From Octopus vulgaris (lineage: Eukaryota), in NCBI GenBank assembly GCA_951406725.2, contig OX597820.1, positions 7,874,001 through 7,938,000 of the forward strand: 64,000 nt of DNA. Direction: 5' to 3'. The stretch's first letter is position 1; each line of letters opens with the position of its first letter. The notes under the pieces are model-generated. The model was not told where the DNA came from. It ran no database searches and worked only from the letters and a program-made list of their open reading frames with translations. Both the position numbers and the translations under genes were made by a program. Of the stretch, positions 54,298 through 64,000 are shown piece after piece.

Positions 54298-55323
54298 TAT
54301 ACATATATATATATATGCCCATGCTGAAACACCGAAAACAACGAAAATATATAAATGTGCATTATACATAATTATTTAAAAGCTCTGAATTTCCATTACT
54401 CCGAGTTTCGCGTTTCTGCTCTTTCAGTTCGTAATCCTAACTTGTTTTCCTCTTGAATCATTTGTTGTCGTTTGAATGTATTTTGAATTAATATATGTAA
54501 ATTATGAAGGAAACGCTTCCCTTCGAGTTTTTAAATTATACATGCGAGATATACGTGTAAAAATAGCTATTTCAAGTTCATATTTTAAAATTTCATTTCT
54601 TGTACCGTTGAGAAATGCCTTAAGCTTCCTGCGAGAGAGGTCGCTTTAAAAAAATGTCCGTCTGAAACTGCGTTGTTGTAGAAGTAGTATTATAAAAACA
54701 ACTGTTTTAAAGTCTTCAAAGCCAACATTTTGACCTACTCCCTGATCCAGATCGAAATTCAAGTAAGCTGTAACTAATAAAAATTATACTTAATCCCGTG
54801 CCTACACGGCGCTACTAACTCGGATCTTTTGTTCAACGCGTTGCTGCCTTGAAATAAAATTCTTAATTTTTCACTTAAGCAAAAGTCACGCCACATCTTG
54901 TATTTGGAGCTCCGCTCCTGTATGGTTGAGACTTACCTATAACTGACCAGGTAATTTTGAATACGGGAGAATTTTGTTTCACGGAAAAACCATGTAAATT
55001 TCAACAAAACCGTATATTTTATCAGGGCTGGTAGGTGAATGTCTGTGTTTATAATATTGATTTTTATTTTAATGTGGATTCATTTGCCCCAAAATATATT
55101 TGAGAGTTATCGTTGTTGTTTATTCTTGCTTGCACTGTAGATTATCTGCTTCACCAAACGGTCGCCATCATGTGATCAATTCTCATAAATTCTGAAATTT
55201 TATATTTGTTGTTCGAAAACTGTTTAAGTCTTTTTCATTTATAACAGTTACAAAAGTGACGAAGACCCAAGAATTTAGCGCAAGACATCTTGTTCCACCA
55301 TACTTTTTACATATGTGTGTTTG

Positions 55324-55382
<59 letters not shown>

Positions 55383-55385
55383 TTG

Positions 55386-55441
<56 letters not shown>

Positions 55442-55855
55442 TTATATATAAAATGGGACAAGAACGCAAACTACACAAAGAGACGACACAAAAAAAAAGA
55501 CAGGTCATTCGAAGCCTCTAATCTTCAGTCAGGAACCGGATCATCTTAGCAATTTCGGCTGATTAATCCTGATATCGCTCCGATCCGGCCAGCCACAAGG
55601 AAAAACTAAGCTGCGAGCATTAGATTTCTTGGGAAAAGGATCGAATGTATACGAAACAAAAACAGAAAACCGGACGATGTTGCACGAATATAAATACAAG
55701 AAACAAAAAATAAAAATAAAAAACAAGAATAGTAATAAGAGGACAGCGGGAGTCTTACGACTTCAGACAAAGAAAACACAAAAAAACACAAAAACGCGAG
55801 GACGTGGAACAAATAAAGTATTATTGGACGCTCAGGAAAGAAGGGAAGAAGGAGG

Positions 55856-55890
55856 GTTTAACGTTTCGAGCGGAGCTCTTCGTCGGAAAC
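55856..55890 (-). ncRNA. Family P2 minimal hammerhead, U4->C copy
   Basis: Minus strand GTTT-CCGACGA-A-GAGC-TCC-GCTC-GAAA-CG-TT-AAAC. Confidence 0.65.
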
Positions 55891-56113
55891 ATAGGAGAAG
55901 GAAAGATCCCGAGAAGGGAAGACAGAGGAAGTAAATCGCCAACGGTACTCACGAGGTCGCTATATATATAAATCTAGACAGACAGACAGGCTGATTGATT
56001 GAGTGGCTCACTCATTTACTCACTCGCTCACTGATTGATCCATAGATAGAGACAGCGATTGACGGGTTTCTTATATATACAGGATTTTCCTCTCTGAGTC
56101 CACAGAAAGAAAT

Positions 56114-56162
56114 CTGTTTGACTAGTTTCAGAGTTTCACTGAGCTTCATCAGAGATCAACAG
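56114..56162 (-). ncRNA. Hammerhead-like core with eroded helices
   Basis: Minus strand CTGATGA-AG(12 nt)CT-GAAAC-TA-GTC; perfect core and ACTAGT palindrome, weak helices I and II. Confidence 0.45.
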
Positions 56163-56570
56163 CTCGTTTTCGTTATTTTACAATATTTCGTTTTGAAGTT
56201 TCACATTTTGAGTTCAGTTCTCACCGTGATCTACTTTAACAGCCATTTGCTTCAGGTCCGACAACATGAAGTAGTAATGTACCAGTGAAGTACTGAATTC
56301 GATCCAATCGATTACACCCTTGCTGATACGATCCTGTCCATATGCTAGTTAGTATTATTATTGTCTAAGACAATAATGATCAGATTAATAAACAAAGTCT
56401 TGAGCAAAAATATAATTATTTAGTTCCAAACTTCTAAAATAATTGGAGGAAATTAAGAATTCTACTTTAATTGGCTTTGTTAATGAATAATCAATTATTG
56501 TTTCTATTTGTTTGTTTTTGTTTTCATAATTATCGGAAATGATATCCTCTCTATCCATGTCCATTGATAT

Positions 56571-56651
<81 letters not shown>

Positions 56652-56769
56652 CATACATACACAAATCTATATACAATACGCACACATGCACACACAGGTA
56701 CGAAATATATATATATATATATATATATCCGTGTCTGTCTGTGTCTGTGTAGAGTGGATGTTGCATGTA

Positions 56770-56940
56770 GGGTCAGACACGGCTGTGTAGTTGAGAAGTT
56801 AACTTCACAACAGTGAGCTTTCGGGTTCAGTCCCACTGCACGGTACCTTGGGCAAGTGACTTTTACAAAACACCGGGTCAATACATTGTTAGGGATATTG
56901 GTAGGTGGAAACTGTGCGGAAGTCTTTGTGTGTGTGTGTT

Positions 56941-57000
<60 letters not shown>

Positions 57001-57120
57001 ACAACACCTATTTATCGATATTGATTTGCTTGTGCCCCTTACCTGGCGATTCAGTACAAAGACCTGAAGTCCTCAGATCAATTTTATAAACTACACCCTT
57101 CAAGGAGATGCTCCAGATTA
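56770..57120 (+). mobile_element. Old degenerate family A SINE
   Basis: GGGTTCAGTCCCACTGCACGGTACCTTGGGCAAGTG. Confidence 0.75.
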
Positions 57121-58061
57121 AGCCCCCGATAAGCTATGGTGTGTTTACCGTGGCATGCGAACACTGGTACCTGTGGATTACTCAAACAAAAAGACACAGA
57201 AAACGGTTTTATCAAGTGTTGTGGAAAGCTAAAACCACAAGGTAATTCATTCTCTCCTGATGTAACTACAGACATCTCGACCTTGTTTTACCTCTGGAAC
57301 AGACAAGCCCAGACGACAGACTTCTAGTTTGTAAGTAACAGATTATCATTAAATGGTGGTGAGCTGGCAGAGTCGTTAGCACGAAGGGTGTAAATGCATA
57401 GCGGCATTTCGTCTGTCTCTACGTTCTCAGTTCAAATCCACCAAAATCGACTTTGCCTTTTATGCCTTTCGGAGTTGATAAAATAGCTGTCGGTTGAGCA
57501 CTGGGGTCGATGTAATCGATATTCCCCCTCCCCCAAAGTTGCTGTCTATGTATCAAAAATTGAAATCATTATTATCAAATGATAAAACCGAACGAAACAT
57601 CAAAACAGACCGTTCTAAACTCGAGGCCAGTCTTCTTCACACCGACATCTTTTCCATTTAAATAATCTACTTTTAGCCAATGTCATAAACTTTTATTCCA
57701 AAATGTTTAATCCTTCGTGAATAAAATACAGATTTAGCAGTTTGATTAGCATTTTAATACGACAAATATTATACATTTCAACGGTAATGAGAATCTCGTC
57801 CACGAGAGATTACGAGACTTGGCTGCATTCAGTAGGAAACACAGTTTAGCCAATGGGGTTCTTTGAAAAGATGATGAAAATGGCGGCAGGCAAAGAAGAA
57901 GGCTGTTAGATTGTATATTTAAATTGCTATTAAAGCTTAAACAAAAATAGTCTCTACTACAAATATATCTGTAATGACCACACATGAAATTATTCATGAA
58001 ATTTCTACTTCGAGTATTAGTAATATATTTAATTTAGGAAATATTAGGAGATAACCTAAAA

Positions 58062-58541
<480 letters not shown>

Positions 58542-59005
58542 GTTCAGTTTCCATAAACAATTGCTAGATCTCTGCAAGATGTGTTATGTGCTATTTGTGT
58601 ATTCAGAGAGGACATTTTCTCCTGCGGCTATCAGAGGTTTGTCATAGCTACAGACAAACACAAGCTGTACAAAGCAAAGCCAACCAAATCGCTATCATGA
58701 TTAATTACACACACACGAGTATATATGCACGCGCGTGTGTGTGAAGGCGCGTGGCCTAATGGTTAGAATGTTGCACTCACGGGCTAGAGATCGCGGGTTC
58801 GATCACTTCATTTCATGTTGCCCCACTCCACTCAGGTGTAAAAGATTAACCCTGCAACAGACTGACGTTCCGATCAGGAGGAATGTTGGCCTGCTCACCT
58901 GGCCAGCAGGGGGGAGGCTCATTCAAAATGCTAAAATGGTGCTAAAATGGTACAAAGTGCATTGTGAACAGCGATGTATAACATCCGATAGTCTAGGCCA
59001 TCACA

Positions 59006-59908
59006 AACTTTGTGGAAAATATTACTCCGAAGATATTACATCATAAGCAGTTGTTCGAAAATGTCATCACGGTATTATCTACTGATGAGACATGATGTTG
59101 TAACTAGGACACTCTATAATGAAATCTGTCGGAAGGATAATGCCGAGGATAAAGAAATAAGAACCAACAGTATGGTACAACCCATTGCCACTCATAATAA
59201 AAAGGAATACTGGTGGAATGTCCCAGTGAAGACCTCAATAAAATGTAAATACAAAAGACCTGATATAATGATTTGGGATAGAGAAGAGAAACTGAGCACA
59301 GTTGTGGAAATTAGATGACCAGTGGATGTTAACATGAAGCTGAAGATCAGTGAAAAAGAGAACACCTATGCTGAACTATTGAGAAATCTGCAGTTACTCT
59401 ATCCAGATTACAAATTTAGGTTTATACCTGTAATTATTGAGGCACTGGAATATGCATCGCGCTACCTAAATACCAGTCTTGAGAAATAAGGACTTTTCAA
59501 AACTAGAAAGGAGAAAGCTGATTCGAAGACTCCAGATCCAATCACTGGAACTGTATAAATCTGTAAAAATTACCAGAAAATTATGATTTAGATATATATA
59601 AGCATGTCTAGATATGTAGCTATATGCATGAGAAGGTATACACAACGCAAAGCAAAAATCTGCACATATACATACATACATCGCAGGCATGGGTGTATGG
59701 TAAGAAACTTGCTTTCCAACCACATGGTTCCGGGTTCAGTCCCGCTGGGTGTCACTTTGGGCAAGTGTCTTCTACTATAGCCTCGGGCTACACTTATAAA
59801 AATGCCTTGTTGTTGATGTTGAAATTCCTATGATGGAGCCTTGGATCTAGGTTAGAAACCGGTTCTTTCTCTATTGGCAAGAAATCTTGAAATAAGACTG
59901 AATAATGA
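59006..59908 (+). mobile_element. R4/Dong-type LINE 3' portion, same family as 45500-46560; SINE A head inserted at ~59682-59790
   Basis: IISSCSKMSSRYYLLMRHD...EYWWNVPVKTSIKCKYKRPDIMIWD; the 3' UTR matches 45500-45700 in reverse complement. Confidence 0.9.
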
Positions 59909-60829
59909 CATATATACCTATGTATGCATGCATATGTGTGTGTGCGCGTGTATGTGTGTGTGTCTATATTCGAAGAACATTTTTTTTTACGCAGTTGCGA
60001 AAACAGAAATGTAGAGTATAATCATAACTTGGCAAGAGTTGAAAATAACGGCTCACAAAGTTATGCTTTTAGAAGAGTATACAAGGTAAACATTGCTAGT
60101 TTCTAGCAATGAAACTAGACCTCATCGCTGGAATTTGATAACAGCAACGATAAGTGTTGAAAATTGTTACATATTTTGTGTGTATGTATGTATGTATGTA
60201 TGTATGTATGTATGTATGTATGTATGTATGTGTGTATGTATGTATGTATGTGTGTATGTATGTATGTACGTATGTATGTATGTATGTATTGCTGAAAGCC
60301 GAAGCATCATGTAACGTTAAAAACTTGGAGTTTTCAGTTGTCTGGATATTCGGTAACGTGAAACGAGGAACTCCAGCTTTTAGAAAATATTCACTTAATT
60401 CATATAATTTATTAAAGATATTCACCCAGTTTTAATCACAGTCAGTGAATGGTGGTTGCAGTGTGTATTTATTTCTGTTTGCATGTATGTGTGTGTGTAC
60501 GTGAGTCTGTGTGTGTGTGTGTGTGTTTATATAGATACAAGTACGTATGTCTATATCAGATTGGTAGTGACTTCTATATCGCTGTCAACTGAAACCATTT
60601 TCTGCATTATGGCTTCGTGTTATTCATGAAAGGAGAGTCTACTGTTTGCTATTCACTATAGTTGCATTCTTCATTTCAGTCCAAGTGCCAAACACGTAGG
60701 ACAAAAATCATACAATCCCAAACTATTTTGTAAAATATATTTAGTTTCATTAAGTCTTCTTTCTGTGAAGACGGGTAACCAAACCGTTCCGTTCATCAAT
60801 GTGGGAATGTAGCCGTTATTTCATAAGAA

Positions 60830-61200
60830 TTCTCAGATGGTCCTCAGTAATGTGACGGAGGTGAAACTGTGAAGAAAACGTCACTTACTCCAGATTCTCC
60901 AAACATCTTTGACTGCTAAAATGGTCTTAGATTCTGAGTAGGTAATTTATATTGAATTGAAGATCATTTTAGAAAATGTCTCGAAGAGAAAAGCTTATCA
61001 GGTACCAGGATCCGAGAAAATATCGTCAGGTTCGGCAAATGGTTTCTGGTTCACTCTATGTGGAAGACGGCAACAAGAGGCATCTGGTGGTTCTGGAACA
61101 AGATAGAGGAGCTGAGCTTGACATCAGGAGACGACAGAGAAAAGATAGCAAACTCAGCAACTGGAAGCCATTGTGGTTTACGGGGAAGTGCTCGAAAGAT
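60830..61200 (+). mobile_element. Decayed restriction-like-endonuclease LINE C-terminus (HERO-like)
   Basis: VIYIELKIILENV followed by EKLIRYQD...YVEDGNKR resembles VIIIELTVPWEEN...ERK..KYQDL...VEVGCRG. Confidence 0.5.
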
Positions 61201-61306
61201 GTTGGACACAGCTTGAGTTTGCTTGCTTCAAAACTATAGTCGTTAGTGTGTGCCCGTTTCTACTAGCATCTCAAGGATATTACATATCTATATGTATATA
61301 TGTATG

Positions 61307-61395
<89 letters not shown>

Positions 61396-61397
<2 letters not shown>

Positions 61398-62130
61398 CGG
61401 AGTAAACACATAAATGTGAAACACGGTGGAAAAAAGAGTACTCAAATACCAGTGGTAGAGTAATATGCTTTATTTAAAGCAGCAGAAAATTCAACAAAAT
61501 CTGTTACTCGTTCATCAGACAGTTTTTGCTATATATATAGGTGAGAAAGTTGGTGTATGAAAGCACGTAGTTGAATATATAGAAAATAGTAAAAAGTGAA
61601 AAAACTACAAAAGGCTTGTTTTAAAAGGTTAAAAAATATATTTGAGTCATTTTGTCAGAAGAATGTTATAAAATTTTTTCATACAGTGACATAGTTTTTG
61701 AAGAAATTACCGGTTTCGTGTTAACTTTTCAAAAATCTCATCGTGTTATGACTTCGTTATGAAGTGTAAAGAAGAGTTCCAGATAAAGGGAGGTAATAAG
61801 TTATTTCTTCCGGTGTAAGGGAGATAATCGCTTTATATTTCTTGCCTCTTTTACTTAAAGGGGTGAGTTTCTCTGTATAAGAATGTTAGAGTGGTTAAGT
61901 TTGGGCTTATATTTTTCAATGAAGAATGTTTCCTTGTTTAGTCTAATTTGTGTTGGTGTTCCAATAGCACATTGATGAAATGGAAAGATTAAAAATTGTG
62001 GTAGTAGTTGCTTTGCGCATTTCTCAATATGCTCACTAAAGGGTATCATTCTGTATTCTAGGAATGCAATCTGTTGTCGATGCAGTGTGCTTCTACGTCT
62101 GAGTGATAGTCCCGTAGACCCCACGTAGTT
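61396..62130 (-). mobile_element. Penelope-like element 3' end: GIY-YIG C-terminal half and TA-bounded 3' pieces with a deleted hammerhead
   Basis: NYVGSTGLSLRRRSTLHRQQI...SEHI...RLNKETFFIEKYKPKLN, truncated at (TA)n; CTGT-CTGATGA-ACGA-GTA-ACAG at 61501-61522. Confidence 0.8.
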
Positions 62131-62657
62131 ATATATATATATATATATGTATATAATTATTTGAGGGAATATTATTCCTAACTTACAGAGAAATTCAATT
62201 TAGAAATACTAAATCAAATTTTACAAAATTTTATATATATATATATATATATAAATTAGAAAAAAAACCCACCTCTTATCAATTCAAATAAACAATTAAA
62301 TTACACCATCTAGAAAATTACATATAATAGAAATATTAAAATTAAAATAGCAATAATATACCGATGATTAACTAAATTGCAAAATAATATTAAAACCAAA
62401 TATATACGTTTTTATTATTTTGCGATTTACACACGCGTGTTATATATATATAGTAGAAACAGGCACACACTAACGACTATAGTTTTGAAGCAAGCAAACT
62501 CAAGCACTTACCGTAAACCACAATGGCTTCCAGTTGCTAAGTTTGCTATCTTTTCTATATATATATATATATATATAATATTTTACTATAAAATTGGATT
62601 CAATCCTAAATCTGATTTTTCCCTGTAAGTTTGGATTTATTCCCTAATATTTATTAT

Positions 62658-62696
<39 letters not shown>

Positions 62697-62760
62697 TATA
62701 TATATATGCATATACATATGTATGTATGCATACACATATATGCATATATAGATAGTTAGC

Positions 62761-62834
<74 letters not shown>

Positions 62835-63545
62835 TATAGATAGATAGATATACACACGTGTGTGTGTCTACATATATGTATACATATGTATAGAGATATA
62901 GATTGTTCTATGTGTGCGCATGCGTATGTATGTGTGAGTATGGGTGTATATGTGAGTGTGTGTATGCGTGTGAGCCTCCACTCGCCTATTTTTGTCTCTG
63001 CGTGTGTCCTTGTGCAATGAGTATATATGCGGGTAAGTGTGTATGTACGTATATATATATATATATATATACATGTGCGTTTATGTCTGAGCGGATATGA
63101 ATGTGTATGTGTTTGTATGTGTGTGCTTGTGTCAGTCTAAGTATGCGTGTCTGTGTGCGTGCGTGTATGTGTGTGTGTGTGTGTGTGTGTGCCTTTATTA
63201 ATCAGAAACCCATCAAACATCACGCAGGTTTTTAAATTAAATTTACTAGAAACACCGAAAGACACACAGACGTAATGATGTCGTAATAAACTGAATACCT
63301 CGCTTGCATTCATATCGCTCACTCTCCGCATACATATATACATACATACATACATACAGACAGACAGACAGACAGACAGACAGCCAGACAGACAGACATA
63401 TGTATATATATATATATGAATATATATGTGTGTATCTATATATATATACGTATATGAGAGAGAGATGCACAGACATATTCATATACCTATACCTACAAAT
63501 ATATATATATATTCGTACATGTATGCGTATATACATATATAATCA

Positions 63546-63644
<99 letters not shown>

Positions 63645-64000
63645 GAATATATATATATGTGTGTATGTATATATATATACATATATGAGAGAGAGATACC
63701 CAGACATACTCATATACCTATACCTACAAATATATATATATATATATATACGTACATGTATGCGTATATACATATATATATATATGTATAGACATATATA
63801 ATCATCTCTATATAAAACTATATATATATATATATGAATATGTGTGTATGTATGTATTCTTGTGTACGAATCTATTGATTTGCTGTATACACGTAAGAGC
63901 GTATATGTGAGATGTATGTACGTACGTATATCTATTTCTTTACACACACTCACATACATATATATATATATACATATATATATATATGCAAACGCATATA

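Noticed and set aside
54930-55035. Minus-strand AG|GTAAGT donor with a ~35-codon open frame
   Set aside because: Weak acceptor, unrecognisable peptide and no compatible neighbouring exons.
55495-55540. Minus-strand CTGAAGA...GAATGACCTGTC hammerhead candidate
   Set aside because: The GAAA box is altered and helices I and II do not pair.
60976-61239. 87-aa ORF as a host gene
   Set aside because: Motifs spread over different frames fit a decayed LINE endonuclease better.
63395-63810. Imperfect ~160-bp direct duplication around (CT)n
   Set aside because: Ordinary slippage or unequal exchange in low-complexity DNA; no CRISPR-like repeat-spacer pattern here or elsewhere.

Overview
AT-rich animal genomic DNA with no recognisable host protein-coding gene. 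It is dense in microsatellites ((TA)n, (CA)n, (TATG)n, (GATA)n, (TAG)n, (TAA)n) and decayed transposable elements. The repeat make-up resembles an octopod cephalopod genome; this is inferred from pattern, not checked by search. Almost all ORFs in the supplied track are microsatellite artefacts. Recognisable pieces: a disrupted RTE/BovB-type LINE; CR1/L2-type, Tx1/L1-type, R4/Dong-type and HERO-type LINE fragments; two Penelope-like GIY-YIG fragments; mariner and maT-type DNA transposons; Helitron and hAT relics; at least four tRNA-derived SINE families; and a ~1.9 kb tandem duplication at the start that may be an assembly artefact. The most interesting signal is absent from the ORF track. About a dozen short non-coding elements, most abutting (TA)n, carry minimal type I hammerhead ribozyme folds (CUGANGA...GAAA-palindrome-UH). 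Three have canonical cores, and a five-copy family has a fixed non-canonical core (A6->U plus an extra A). Several sit in fold-back structures or next to inverted copies of local DNA. Hammerheads in Penelope-like elements are established; the fixed variant core, the TA targeting and the inverted flank capture are the parts worth testing. All folds and alignments were done by eye, and element boundaries are approximate.
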